This document shows, piece after piece, positions 25,590 through 39,609 of a DNA stretch of 64,000 nucleotides. Both the position numbers and the translations under genes were made by a program. The notes below the pieces were generated by a model. It ran no database searches. It was not told where the DNA came from and worked only from the letters and a program-made list of their open reading frames with translations. The stretch's first letter is position 1. Every line of letters starts with the position of its first letter. Origin of the DNA: Hypanus sabinus (lineage: Eukaryota); the NCBI RefSeq assembly GCF_030144855.1, contig NC_082734.1, positions 30,752,001 to 30,816,000 of the forward strand. The letters are read 5' to 3'.

Positions 25590-25780
25590 CTTCCATCTTG
25601 GCCATTTGCTGCCAACGACTCTGCTTCCGGTATCAAGATTCGTCGCCTCTCCGCGCGTTGCCGGGGAAACGGCGTGAGGTCGCTCTGTGACGTCAACACA
25701 CAAGTGGTTGGGCAAATCGCCGCCGCCCGGGAGGAGGGGCAGAGTGAGCTGTCAATCAGAGGAGCCGCTGGGAAACCACC
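25590..25780 (-). promoter_or_regulatory. Small CpG-island promoter
   Basis: CRE TGACGTCA 25688-25695, RFX X-box GTTGCCGGGGAAAC 25657-25670, ETS CTTCCGG 25624-25630, YY1-like CCATCTT and GCCATTT 25593-25607. Confidence 0.65.
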
Positions 25781-26419
25781 TAAAATTGTAAATAAATTAC
25801 TGAAGATTTCTTGCATAATAGGCCCTCCACACGGAGATGTTTCCATGCAAAATCCTTAAATGTGAAACGAAATCGAAATTTTAACTGAGCGTGAAGATGA
25901 TTTCGATTTTATTTCTAATTGTGTTTTCTTGTACAGTATATGTTATATTATTTACGTTTACTACATTCTGCTGCGAAGTATTTTTTAATGCGCCTGCATG
26001 TACTTGTGCGCATGACAATACGCTCGACTTTGACTTTATAAAACAAGAGATAAGAAGGAGACCGAAAATTAGAATGGAAGATGCAGCTGGTCAGAAAGTT
26101 GAAAAATAAAGAGGAAGAGTTTCCAGTGAGAATTCCTTAGGGTGGGGGGGCGGGAATAAAATAAACTCTGCAAGTGAGTTTGAAGGGTTAATGATGGGGA
26201 AAAAAGCATTGCGTGAGACATGACTGGAGCTTTGGTCGCCACACAGTAGGGAAGGCGTGAACACATGGGAGAAAATGCAGAGGAAACTGACTTGGATTTT
26301 TTAATGAGATGGAAAGTTTCAGGTATCCAGCGAGACAGGCCATTAGGCCGTTTGCCTTAGGGTGGGTGGGGGAGAGGAAATGGAGGACAAGATTGAGAGA
26401 AGCATCAGTATTGAGAAAC

Positions 26420-27576
26420 ATTACCCCATGAAGGACGGGTATACCTGGGATACGAATGGACAATAAACTAGACTGGTCAAAGAACACTGAGGCTGTCTAC
26501 AAGAAGGGTCAGAGCTGTCTCTACTTCCTGACGAGACTGAGGTCCTTTAACATCTGCTGGACAATGCTGAGGATGTTCTTCGAGGCTGTGGTGGCCAGTG
26601 CTATCATGTTTGCTGTTATGTGCTGGGGCAGCAGGTTGAGACAGGGAGAAGACACCAACAGAATCAACAAACTTATTCGTAAGTGATGTTGTGGGAGTGG
26701 AACTGGACTCTCTGACTGTGGTGTCTGAAAAGAGGATGCTGTCCAAGTTGCATGCCATCTTGGACAATGACTCCCATCCACTCCATAATGTACTGGTTAG
26801 TGTCGCGATTTCTTGAAATAACCAGGAGATGCAGAAGGTTCTTCGAGAAGTTTAAGCCTTTATTTGCAAACAAAAGCTGACACAATTAATAAGCGTGTCA
26901 CTAATTGTCTAGTTCACAGTATTCTTTATAGTAATTTCTTATCTTAGTTTCATTAGCATATACTTGTTCTAGTGCCTTGACTGGTCCCCATACCATCACA
27001 CCACTCCATAGCCCATACTTGCTCTAGTCTACTCCCTGGAACACGTGTTCCCCTTCCCGGCCTTGACTGGTTTTCATACCATCACTCCATTCCATAGCCC
27101 ATCTACCACCGTTATCTCTACATGCTTACTTTCACTGTTAGCTACATTCTTAAGGCACTGATGTGTTAAGTAGTACGGAGACAATACAGACATTACATTC
27201 TGGCCAATAAATTGGATACATAGCAAATAGCAAACACAAGGCTGGTCACATAGTTCTGGCCACACAGCAGACGTTGCAACTTTATTCTCCAATATTTGGC
27301 ACAGGAGTACATTCAGCCAGAGACTCATTCCACCGAGATGCAACACTGAGCGTCATAAGAAGTCATTCCTGCCTGTGGCCATCAAACTTTATGACTCCTC
27401 CCTTGGAGTTTAAGATACCCTGTGCCAATAGGCTGATCCTGGACTTATTTCCACTTGGCATGATTAACTAATTATTTATGGTTTTATATTGATATATTTC
27501 TTCACTATTCTTGGTTGGTGCGGCTGTAACAAAACCCAGTTTCCCTCGGGATCAATAAAGTATGTCTGTCTGTCTA
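26420..27576 (+). mobile_element. Rex1/Babar-type LINE 3' end (interrupted)
   Basis: DNKLDWSKNTEAVYKKGQSCLYFLTRLRSF...; tail GGGATCAATAAAGTA(TGTC)n. Confidence 0.8.
26801..27294 (-). mobile_element. Probable solo LTR inserted in the Rex1 element
   Basis: Host sequence GGTTAG|GCACAGG is split; flanks TTAG/TTTG; starts TGTC; reverse-oriented AATAAA and TATAAA; internal ~40-bp duplication. Confidence 0.55.
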
Positions 27577-28059
27577 TAAAAGTGAATGTCAGAGTTTTCA
27601 GGTGATGAGTCAGAGAGTTAGAAGAGAAATGATTACAATCTGTAATGGTTACATTCCGTGTGTGGTGGAGCCAAGTATTCTCACACTTTTCAGAAATATC
27701 ACAATCTGAGACTTGAAGAACATCCAAACTAACAGAACAAGAGCTGAGGAACTGCATTCAGAATGCAAGATGCAAGATTTGAGATTGTTTATTGTCAGTC
27801 TTCAGTATGTAAGTATAAAGGAGAACAAAATGATTGTTACTCCTAGTCCGAGGCAGCATAAAAAACACAACAAGCCTAAAGGCTTGTTTTTGCAAGAGAT
27901 TGTCTGCCTGGCATCAGTAGTTGCATAACCAGGACATATGATTTGCACCATCTGCTTCTATGGCTTCACATGACCATGATTGGGTTTGGGGGGCTAAGCA
28001 GATGCTATTCCTTGCCCAAGGGTGATCTGCTGGCTGGCAGAGGGATGGAGTGCCTTACA

Positions 28060-28760
28060 CCTTCTTTGGCAGTAGTGTTGGGCAGGCTAATGGGTGGAGG
28101 AGTTGATCAACCTGGCATAGAGGGAAGAAACTGCTTTTGAGTCAGGTGGTCCTGGTGTGGATACTGCATAGCCTCTTCCCTGATTGGAGTGAACAATCAG
28201 TCCATAAACAGGATGGGTGGGATACTTCACAATATTGCTGGCCTTTTTCAGGCACCTTTCTGCATGTACGTCTTTGACGGTGGGTAGGCTGGTGCCAGTG
28301 ATGCATTGAACAGTTTTAGATAACCATTGTACCGTCCTCTTGTCTGATGCAGTGCGGCTTCTGTACCGCACGGTAATGCAGCTTGTTAGGATGCTCTCAG
28401 CTGCATCTGTAGAAAGCTACGAGTATTGATATGCATTGACCAGCTCTCTTCAGCCTCCTCACAAAGCAGGGGCATTGATAAGCTTTCTTGATTGTGGAGG
28501 CTCTGTTCTGCATTTGAAGCTGCGTACTGTCTCCACTGATGGGCCGCCAGTGCGAAAAGGGCTGTGAGAGATGCAAGTTCTTCTGAAGTCGATAACCATC
28601 TCCTTTGTCTTGCTGACATTGAGGAAAAGGTTGTTTCGATCTTTTCCACCTCCTCTCTCTATGCTGTATCATCATTGTTGGTGACGAGCCCCACGACTGT
28701 CCTGTCATCGACAATCCTGACACTGTGATTACTGTACTCAGGTGTTTGAGAATGCAGTTG
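28060..28760 (-). mobile_element. Rex1/Babar-type LINE fragment
   Basis: FVRRLKRAG...ILVAFYRCS, ASNIVKYPTHP, KTKEMVIDFR. Confidence 0.7.
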
Positions 28761-28869
28761 TATGTGTAGTGATAGTTAATAGTTTTAATCCTATGCCTCT
28801 TCCACATGGGAGGAGTTCACAAGCAGGGTTATCAATAAAGTTCAGTTGGGTATCTTGCAGGTTGGTGTC

Positions 28870-29390
28870 CTGGTTGGCTCTGCATGTGACGTTTTCCCTG
28901 ACTAGTAACGCCACCCCTCCTCCTCTAATCCCTCCTGCTCTGTCACGTCTAAAACAACCAGAACCCTGGAATATTCAACTGCCAGTCCTGTCACCTCTTG
29001 CAACCAAATCTCACTAATGGCTACAATATCATAATTCAAGGTGTTGATCCATGCCCTGAGCTCATCTGCCTTTCCTACAATCCTTCTTGGACTGAAATAT
29101 ATGCAGCTGAGGACATTGCTTGCACTGTGCTCAATCTTTTGATTCCCGATTTTGTCTGTGGACTTACCAAGACCTGTCTCCACTATTTGTTCTGGTGCTC
29201 TGGTTCCAATCCACTTGCAGCTCTAGTTTAAACCCTACTGTTGCAGCACTGGAAAACCTTCCTGCTATGATATTATTCTCCCTCCAGTTCAGGTGCAAAC
29301 ATTTTCTTCTGTACATTCCCTGTAAGAGAAAGCAAAGATCCAAAAATCTGATGCCCTCTCTCTTACACCAACTCTTTAGCCGTGTCTTTT
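28870..29390 (-). mobile_element. CR1 fragment (ORF1 end to EN start)
   Basis: LSCIYFSPRRIVGKADELRAWI...AISEIWL; ORF1 stop GGTTTAAACTAG. Confidence 0.8.
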
Positions 29391-29419
29391 CATGCTTCAG
29401 ATCTCCAGTTGGCCATGCT

Positions 29420-30260
29420 CTTATTCATTGGGATCTCTTCTGGGGAAGGTATGACCTGTACAAAAAGCATGGGTTACACTTGAACCTGAAGGGGATCTTA
29501 CAGGCAAGTTTGCTAGAGTAGTTGGGGAGGGTGTAAACTAATTTGTCAAGAGGATGAGAGCCTGAGTGTTAGGATGAGGATGGGGCAGTTGTTATACAGG
29601 TAGATGTGAGGAAGAACAGGCAGATGATCAGGCAAAATTTCAGTCAATGGGATGAGTTGAAGTGTAATATGGAGGAAAATTGAAAGTAGTGATGAATACA
29701 GGATTAAAGGTGTTATATTTGAATGCACGCAGTATCCAGAATAAGATAGATAGTTTGTGGCGCAGTTAGAGATTGTCAGTTATGATGTTGTGGGTACTGC
29801 TGAGTCGTGGCTGAAAGAAGATCATAGTTGGGTGCTTAAAATCCAAGGATACACATTGTATAAAAAGGATGGGCAGTTAAGCAGAGGGGTTGGGGTGGCT
29901 CTATTGGTAATAAATGAAATTAAATCCTTAGAAAGAGTGACCTATAGAATTGGAAGTTGTAGAGTCCTTGTGGGCAGAATTAAGAAACTACATGGGTAAA
30001 AATACCTTGATGGGAGTTTTATACAGACCTCTGAATGTTAGTCAGGATGTGGGATACAAATTACATTGGGAGATAGAAAAGGCATGTAATAAGGGCAATG
30101 TTACAATAGTCATGTGGAATTCCAATATGCAGAGAGATTGGGAAAATTAGGTTGGTGCTCGATCCCAAAAGATGAGAGAGGATATTGTCAATGGGAAAAA
30201 GACACAGGAGAGGTAGTAATGCATGACAAAGTAATGGTAGATGAACTTAATAAATATTTC
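29420..30260 (+). mobile_element. CR1 fragment (ORF1 end to EN)
   Basis: HWDLFWGRYDLYKKHGLHLN; LKVLYLNARS; AESWLKEDHSW. Confidence 0.8.
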
Positions 30261-31699
30261 CACAGATACACCTGTGCTGTGCCTCCAGCAAAAGAGTTTT
30301 CTGTCACTGTTGCTCACCCAAAGCACAGAACAGTACAGCACAAGAACAGGCCCTTCTTCCCACAATGTCTGTGCTGAACACAATGCCACAAGAAACTGAA
30401 TCTCTTCTATCTGCCTGTGATTCATATTTTTCCATTTCCTGTCTAAAAGCCTCTGCAATGTCATAATCACATCTGCTCTCACCACTCCCCGTATCGGGCT
30501 GTACCACCATGTAAATAAAACTAAACTATTCCTTATCCTGCACACCTCCTTTAACTTCTTGCCCTGTGATCTTAAAGCAATGTCTTCTCATGTTTGATAT
30601 TTCCACCCTGGGAAAATAATTCTGACTGTCTGCCTTATCAAGACCTCTCATAGTTTTATATACTTCCATCAGATTTCTCTTCAGCCTCTTTCACTCTAGA
30701 GAAAATTGTCCCAGTCCTTCCAATCTTTCCTTGTAACTCTAGCCCTCCAGCACAGGCAACATTTCTGTGAACCTTTTCTGCATCTTTCCAGTTTAATCAC
30801 ATCCTTCCTATAGTGTGGTGTTGGAACTTCACTATTACAAGGACACAGCAGTGGAACAAACCCAAGGGCTAAACAGGGGCACGAAGGCTGAGTAGGGCGG
30901 CGTTACAGTCGTAGCAAGTGCAGAATTGGTGCCAAGGGAGTCTTTACCCAGAGTCTTGGTTTTAGTAGAGAATTCAGGAATGGTGCTAGACTAGAACTGA
31001 TAATCCTAAGAACTATGGTACAAGGTTACTCATACACAAGTCAACCAACAAACTGGCAACTCCTAGTTGTGGTCACAGGATTTTTATACTGCTTTTGCTT
31101 ATGGAAAGCAGGTGTTTGTAGTTAGTGAAACCTGGGAATGATTGGGAACTAAACGAGGTGGTTGAGGCCCAATTCCTGAGGAAAATTGCCGGGTGGGCGA
31201 TTGCCAGAAGGGACCGTGACATGCACAGGGAACTCTGGGTGTGGCCTAAAGTATGATTTGTACAATATGACGTCCCAACTCCTCTCACTGCCTTTGCCAA
31301 TGAAGGTAAACGCTTGTCATTACCTTGTCTACCGATGCTGCTACTTTCAGTGAACCAGGTACAATATCAGTATCCGAAGATCTCGCTGTTCATTCACACT
31401 CCACAGGACCCTGACATTCGCTGTGTATTCCCTGGCCTGTTTTAACTTTCCAAAATCCATCGCTTCATTTGTCTGACACTGTAACAACAGTTCTCTGTTT
31501 CCGTGCACCAACAACCCAAGAATAAACATCAATGCAAAATTCACAACTGGCCACTCGCTGTACCTGTCTGCTGTTTGTGTGTAACTCAATACCCGGATCC
31601 CTCTGTACTTCACCCATGTGCAGTTTCTCTCCACATAAATCTTTGTCTCTCTTTTGATTCCTCCTACACGGTGCATTACCTCACATTTTCCCACATTAA

Positions 31700-34600
31700 A
31701 CTCAATTTACCAAGTGTCCTCCCACTCACCCACCTCTGTTGTGGAGACACAACGCTGCAGTGGTCCTTTCTCTGGCACTGAGGTTGGACCTTTGACTAGG
31801 AAGAGGAGGAGGGAAGAGAAGAGAGCGGTATTGATAGGGGATTCTATAGTCGGGGGGTGGATAGGAGATTTTGTGGGGAAGATCGGGAGTCTCAGATGGT
31901 ATGTTGCTTCCCTGGTGCCGGGGTCCAAGACATCTCAGATCGGGTGCAGGTTATTCTCGAGAGGGAGGGCAAGAATCCAGATGTTGTGGTCCATGTAGGG
32001 ACCAATGACGTGGGTAGAATGAGTGAGGGGGTCCTGCGTAGGGAGTTCAGGGAGTTAGGTGCGAAGCTGAAGAGCAGGACCTTGAGGGTAACAATCTCAG
32101 GATTGCTACCTGTGCCACGTGCAAGTGAGGCAAGGAACAGAAGTATTATAAAGATTAATACGTGGCTGAGAGGATGGTGCAGGAGGGAGGGCTTCAGGTT
32201 TGTAGATAATTGGGCTTTGTTCCAGGGAAGGTGGGACTTGTTCCAAAGGGACAGTTTATACCTGAACTGGAGCAGTACTAACATTCTTGCAGGAAAGTTT
32301 GCTAGTGCTTCTCGGGGGAGAGTAAACTAAATTTGCAGGGGGCGGGGATCCAGAATGTGAGGGAGGATAGCGAGCGGAAGAATGAAGAACAGGTGGGGAC
32401 TACACAGTTCCAGAATATTAAATGTGTAGTAGAGGAAGGTGGGGCGGAACAATTGATAAGGAGGACTCATGTACAGAGGGATGGTCTGACGGAACATGGA
32501 GTTAAATGTGTTGAAAGAATAAGTAAATTTAGGAAGGACAACAAAATTCTAGGGGTGTATAGCCCGATGGGAGTTCGGGGAGCTGGGTTAAGCACAATAG
32601 GCAGCGATTCAAACAAAGAGAGGAGAAATGGGTTAAAAATTCTATATCTGAATGCACGAAGAGTCAGAAATAAGGTGGATGAGCTTGAAGCTCAGGTGCG
32701 AATGGGTAACTATGATGTTGTTGGGATAATGGAGACATGGCTGCAGGGAGATCAGACCTGGGAAATGAATGTACAAGGGTATACGTGCTATCGTAGGGAA
32801 ATAAATGTGGGCAGAGGGGGTGGGGTGGCCCTGTTGGTGAGGAATGAGGTTCAGTCCTTTGCAAGGGGGGGACATAGGGTCAGGAGAAGTAGAGTCTGTG
32901 TGGATAGAACTGAGGAACAGTAAGGGCAAAAGGACCCAAATGGGTGTAGTCTACAGGCCACCGAACAGTAGTATGGATATTGGGTGCAAGTTGAATAGGG
33001 AGTTAACATTGGCATGTGGCAAAGTTGGCGCAGTAGTTATGGGGGATGTCAACATGCAGGTGAACTGGGAGAATCAGGTTGGTGCTGGACCACAGGATAG
33101 GGAGTTTGTAGAGTGCCTACGGGATGCATTCTTGGAACAGCTTGTAGGAGAACCGACCAGGGACAAGACTATTCTGGATTTAGTGTTATGTAATGAACAG
33201 GATTTGATAAGCGATCTCGCAGTAAAGGAGCCATTAGGAGGTAGTGATCACAATATGATAAGCTTTTATCTGCAATTTGAGAAGGATAAGGGCAGCTAGG
33301 AGGTGTCAGTGTTGCAGATGAACAGGGGAAACTATGGAGTCATGAGAGAGGAGCTGGCCAGAGTTTACGGGACGAATAGCCTAGCAGAAAAGACAGTGGA
33401 ACAGCAATGGCAGGTACTCTTGGGAATAATGCACAAGGTGCAAAATCAGTTCATCCCCCAGAGAAGGAAGGATTCAAAGGGGGGAAAGGGGCCACAGTGG
33501 TTGACAAAGGAAGTCAGAGATTGCATAGCATTAAAAAAAAAGGAAATATGATAGAGCTAAGGTGAGTGGGAGGACAGATGATTGGGAAGTTTTTAAGGAA
33601 CAACAGAACTTAACTAAAAAGACGATACAGGGAGAAAAAATCAGGTACGAACGCAAGCTAGCCGGGAATATAAAGGAAGATAGCAAAAGCTTTTTTAGGT
33701 ATGTGAAGAGAAAGAAGATAGTTAAGAACAATGTTGGGCCCTTGATGAATGAATTGGGTGAAATTATTATGGGAAACAGAGAAACGGCAGAAGAATTTAA
33801 TGAGTACTTTAGAGCTATTTTCATTAAGGAAGACACAAGCAATCTCCCAGATGTATGAATGGGCCAAGGACATAGGGTAACAGAGGAAATGAAACAGATT
33901 GACATTTGGAAGGAAACGGTGATGTGTAGACTGATGGGACTGAAGGCTGACAAATCCCCAGGTCCAAATGGTCTGTACCCTAGAGTACTAAAGGAGGTGG
34001 CCCTGGAAATTGCGGATGCATTGGTAATCATTTTCCAATGTTCCTTAGATTCAGGATCAGTTCCTGAGGATTGGAGAATAGCTAATGTTATCCCACTTTT
34101 TAAAAAAGGAGGGAAGGAGAAAACAGAGAACTCTCGACCTGTCAGCCTGACATCAGTGGTGGGAAAGATGCTAGAGTCCATTATTAAGGATGAAATAGTG
34201 GCATATTTAGATAGCAGTGATAGGATTGGGCCAAGCAAGCATGGATTTACCAAGGGGAAATCATGCTTGACTGATCTGTTGGAGTTTTTCAAAGATATAA
34301 CCAGGAAGTTAGATGGGGGAGATCCAGTGGATGTAGTGTACCTCGATTTTCAGAAGGCATTTGATAAAGTCCCACATAGAAGATTGGTGGGTAAAATCAA
34401 AGCTCAGGGCATCAGGGAGAAGGCATTGACATGGATAGAAAACTGGTTGGCAGATAGAAAGCAAAGGGTAGCAGTGAATGGGTGTTCCTCGGAATGGCAG
34501 GTGGTGACTAGTGGGGTGCCACAGGACTCGGTATTGGGACCACAGCTGTTTAGCATTTACGTTAACGATTTGGATGAAGGCATAAAAAATAACATCAGCA

Positions 34601-35544
34601 AGTTTGCTGATGATACTAAGCTGGGTGGCAGTGTGACATGTGATGAGGATGTTAGGAGAATTCAGGGTGACTTGGTTAGGCTGGGTGAGTGGGCAGATAC
34701 TTGGCAGATGGCATTTAATGTGAATAAATGTGAGGTTATTCACTTTGGGAGTAAGAACAGGAAGGCAGATTATTATCTGAACGGTGTCGAGTTGGGTAAG
34801 GGAGAAATACAAAGAGATCTCGGAGTCCTTGTTCATCAGTCACTGAAGGTGAATGAGCAAGTGCAGCAGGCAGTGAAGAAGGCTAATGGAATGTTGGCCT
34901 TTATTACAAAGGGAATTAAGTACAAGAGCAAGGAAATCCTCTTGCATTTGTACAGAGCCCTGGTGAGACCACACCTGGAGTATTGTGTAAAGTTTTGGTC
35001 TCCAGGGTTAAGGAAGGACATCCTGGCTGCAGAGGAAGTGCAGCGTAGATTCACGAGGTTAATTCCAGGGATGTCAGGACTGTCTTACGCAGAGAGGTTA
35101 GAGAGACTGGGCTTGTACACGCTGGAATTAAGGAGATTGAGAGGGGATCTGATTGAAACATATAAGATTATTAAGAGATTGGACAAGATAGAGGCAGGAA
35201 ATATGTTCCAGATGCTGGGAGAGTCCAGTACCAGAGGGCATGGTTTGAGAATAAGGGATAGGTCATTTAGGATAGAGTTAAGGAAAAACTTCTTCTCCCA
35301 GAGAGTTGTGGGGGTCTGGAATGCACTGCCTCGGAAGGTGGTGGAGGCCAATTCTCTGAATGCTTTCAAGAAGGAGCTAGATAGGTATCTTATGGATAGG
35401 GGAATCAAGGGATATGGGGACAAGGCAGGGACCGGGTATTGATAGTAATTGATCAGCCATGATCTCAAAATGATGGTGCAGGCTCGAGGGGCCGAATGGT
35501 CTACTTCTGCACCTATTGTCTGTTGTCTGTTGTCTATTGTCTAT
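31700..35544 (+). mobile_element. Long, fairly young 5'-truncated CR1 (esterase ORF1, APE, 527-aa open RT stretch 33859-35442)
   Basis: LIGDSIV, VHVGTND; LYLNAR, GSDHNM; YLDFQKAFDKVPH, FADDTK; tail (CTATTGT/CTGTTGT)n. Confidence 0.95.
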
Positions 35545-36629
35545 CATTAACCACTGGTGAAGCTGCTGAAGCTAGGATGTGCTATTGTCATTCAATTGTT
35601 TAAAAAGTGCAGCGAGGATAAGCCAGGGAACTACAGGCCACTCAGCCTGACATCAGGAGTGGGAAATTTACTGAAGGCAATTGTGAAGGACAGAATCTAC
35701 CAGTCCTTGGACAGATGGAGTCTGACTGGTTGGAGCTGGCATGGCTTTGTGTGTGTGAAGAATCCAGGCTGGGAACGCCTGATGTGCCACGGGTGTCAGT
35801 GTTGGCACCCTTGTTGGCCTTTTTTAATGTAAACACTGTATTACAAACAAACAAGGTTTTACCAATAAGTTTGTGGAGGACACAAAATAAGAAGGTATTT
35901 TTGATAGTGAAGACGATTACAGGGAGATCTTGCTGGGTTACTAAAGTGTAACTGAGGATTGACACATGGATTACAATTCAGATGAAGTATTTTGGAAAGT
36001 CAATCCAAGGTAGGGCTTATACAGGGAATGGTGGGGAACTCGGGAGTGTCGCGGGAGACAGGGATTGAGGAGGACAAGAGCAATGTTCATTGAAAGTGGC
36101 ATCACTGGCAGACCGGGCAGTGAAAGACGTGTTTAGCATCAGTCAGTCAGGGCATTTAATCTGGGTGTTGCAACGTTATGTTGACACTGTGTCTGTATTT
36201 TGTTGTTCTATGACTCTACCACCTAGCTCAGTGTCATCTTCAAACTTATTATCCATGTCTTGGACACTGTCATCCAAATTCTTTATATGAATGATGAAAA
36301 GCACCGATCCCTGTACGATGTCACTGCTCACTGCTCTCTAGTCCCGTAAACAACCTTCGACCTGTCTCTGAACATGAAGCCGATTATATATCTTTTACCT
36401 CTCCCTGGATTCCCATGTCATCTAGCCTTCCAGACTGCAGTTCCACAAGAACTTTGTCTAATTTATGTTTCATTGTTGCTTTTCTTGTGAATTATATAAT
36501 ATGATGTGTCTATGATGACCTCATCAAATCTCTGGGTTACCTCTTCAAGGAACTCGAACAGATTTCTGAGATTAATTGAGAAATTGAACAGAAAAGTAGA
36601 GCAGTTTGGTGTCAATTCGATCAAATACA

Positions 36630-38805
36630 CTATTGTTATAGAGGACAGGAAAATTTTTAATTGGGGAAGGGCAAATTATGAGGCTATAAGGCTGGAACTT
36701 ACGGGTGTGAATTGGGATTATGTTTTCGCAGGAAAATGTACTATGGACATGTAGTCGATGTTTAAGGATCTTCTGCAGGATGTTAGAGATAAATTTGTCC
36801 CGGTGAGGAAGATAAAGAATGATAGGATGAAGGAACCATGGTTGACAAGTGAAGTGGCAAATCTAGTCAGGTGGAAGAAGGCAGCATACATAAGGTTTAG
36901 GAAGCAAGGATCAGATGGGTCTCTTGAGGAATATAAGGTAGCAAGAAAGGAGCTTAAGAAGGGGCTGAGAAGAGCAAGAAGGGGGCATGAGAAGGTCTTG
37001 GCAAGTAGTATAAAGGAAAACCCCAAGGCATTCTTCAATTATGTGAAGAACAAAAGGATGACAGGTAGAACCGATTAGAGATAAAAGTGGGAAGATGTGC
37101 CTGGAGGCTGTGGAAATGAGCGAGGTCCTCAATGAATACTTCTCTTTGGTATTCATCAATGAGAGGGAACTTGATGATGGTGAGGACAATATGAGTGAGG
37201 TTGATGTTCTGGAGCATGTAAGGGAGAGGAGGTGTTGGAGTTGTTAAAATACATTAGGACGGATAAGTCCCCGGGGCCTGACGGAATATTCCCCAGGGTG
37301 CTCCACGAGGTGATGGAAGAGATTGCTGAGCCTCTGGCTAGGATCTTTATGCCCTCGTTGTCCACAGGAATGGTACCGGAGGATTGGAGGGAGGCGAATG
37401 TTGTCTCCTTGTTCAAAAAAGGTATTAGGGATAGTCTGGGTAATTATAGACCAATGAGCCTTACGTCTGTGGTGGGAAAGCTGTTGGAAAAGATTCTTAG
37501 AGATAGGATCTATGTGCATTTAGAGAATCATGGTCTGATCAGGGACAGTCAGCATGGCTTTGTGAAGGGCAGATTGTGCCTAACAAGTCTGATAGAGTTC
37601 TTTGAGGAGGTGACCAGGCATAAAGATGAGGGTAGTGCAGTGGATGTGATCTACATGGATTTTAGTAAGGCATTTGACAAGGTTCCACATGGTAGACTTA
37701 TTCAGAAAGTCAGAAGGCATGGGATCCAGCGAAGTTTGGCCAGGTGGATTCAGAATTGGCTTGCCTGCAGAAGGCAGAGGGTTGTGGTGGAGGGAGTACA
37801 TTCAGATTGGAGGGTTGTGACTAGTGGTGTCCCACAAGGATCTGTTCTGGGACCTCTACTTCTCGTGATTTTTATTAACGACCTGGATGTGGGGGTAGAA
37901 GGATGGGTTGGCAAGTTTGCAGATGGCACAAAGGTTGGTCGTGTTGTAGATAGTGTAGAGGATTGTCGAAGATTGCAGAGAGACATTGATAGGATGCAGA
38001 AGTGGGCTGAGAAGTGGCAGATGGAGTTCAACCCGGAGAAGTGTGAGGTGGTACACTTTAGAAGGACAAACTCCAAGGCAGAGTACAAAGTAAATGGCAG
38101 GATACTTGTTAGTGTGGAGGAGCAGAGGGATCTGGGGGTACATGTCCACAGATCCGTGAAAGTTTCCTCACAGGTAGATAGGGTAGTTAAGAAAGCTTAC
38201 GGAGTGTTAGCTTTCATAAGTCGACGGATAGAGTTTAAGAGACATGATGTAATGATGCAGCTCTATAAAACTCTAGTTAGGCCACACTTGGAGTACTGTG
38301 TCCAGTTCTGGTCGCCTCGCTATAGGAAGGATGTGGAAGCATTGGAAAGGGTACAGAGGAGATTTACCAGGATGCTGCCTGGTTTAGAGAGTATGGACTA
38401 TGATCAGAGATTGAGGAAGCTAGGACTTTACTCTTTGGAGAGAAGGAGGATGAGAGGAGACATGATAGCGGTGTACAAGATATTGAGAGGAATAGACAGA
38501 GTGGACAGCCAGCACCTCTTCGCCAGGGCACCACTGCTCAGTACAAGAGGACATGGCTTTAAGTTAAGGGGAGGGAAGTTCAAGGGGGATATTAGAGGAA
38601 GGTTTTTCACTCAGAGAGTGGTTGGTGTGTGGAATGCAGTGCCTGAGAGTGGTGGAGGCAGACACACTAGTGAAGTTTAAGAGACTATTAGACAGGTATA
38701 TGGAGGAATTTAAGGTGGGGGGTTATATGTGAGGCAGGGTTTGAGGGTCAGCACAACATTGTGGACCGAAGGGCCTGTAATGTGCTGTACTATTCTATGT
38801 TCTAT
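36630..38805 (+). mobile_element. 5'-truncated CR1 of a third subfamily (RT 37232-38680)
   Basis: [27 protein letters not shown] (catalytic D to G); tail ATTCTATGTTCTAT. Confidence 0.95.
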
Positions 38806-39429
38806 TGTTGATCAAACAGCAGGATCCTGCAAACGGTCTCCATCTCCTATTTAAACTGAACGTGCAGCACACGTAAAGAGGAGAGGAATCTAATCCTAAC
38901 CGGGGATCAGGGCAGTGAGGAGCGCCGGCCTCGGGGTGTTACTCAGCTGGGAATCTACGAATAACACGCGATAATCCGGAGAGCAGGTCGAGCGGAGAGG
39001 AAAACCTGTGCTGGGAACTGTGCTCCGGACCAACAGTTGGTGCTGTGGATGTACAGATCTGAACGGCGAGTCAGGGAGAGTGTGCTAAGAGGCCTGACGG
39101 CTTAGACTGGTATCACTGTGTTTGTGAGTCCGGTCACATCGCTGGATTTTTCATCCCCACCTAGAGAAAATAAAACAATTTGCCTGCTACGGGATGGCAC
39201 AGCTTCCCAGCTCAGCCCTGAAGTGGGAATTAACCGCGAGTTTTTAGCTGATTTCAAGATTTCAGTCGAAAAACAGAGAAAATGTCGCGATCGCGAGGAA
39301 GAATGAGATCAGTGCAGCAGTGAATGGGGTTGATATAGAAACTGCTGCGTTTGATTTGGACCAGACTTCCATTACAGCAGAGAATCCGACCTCGGGCACA
39401 GACAGAGAGCGGTCTGGGTCTTGGGGATG

Positions 39430-39560
39430 TTCCAGTTTGATTGGAATCGGAGAGTTTTTGAGCAGAGAGAAACACAGGGAGACGGAACGGCCAGGAGAGG
39501 ACTGCAGGATGTCTCCGCCCCGTCCGCTCGCTGCCTTTAAATTGCTCTGTACCGCCGCCT
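39430..39560 (+). promoter_or_regulatory. H1 promoter
   Basis: H1/AC box AAACACA 39470-39476, GC box CCGCCC 39515-39520, TTTAAA 39536-39541, inverted CCAAT near 39440. Confidence 0.75.
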
Positions 39561-39609
39561 CTCGCTTCATTTCTCACTCACTTCGACAGAGTTTGTGCAG
39601 TGTCCGACC

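Noticed and set aside
30817-31258. Possible additional reverse-oriented LTR inside a CR1 fragment
   Set aside because: Could not define a CA terminus or TSD
33859-35442. 527-aa RT ORF as an active or domesticated gene
   Set aside because: Upstream ORF2 has stops and frameshifts, the element is 5'-truncated and PQG is mutated to PQD; ordinary young CR1 copy
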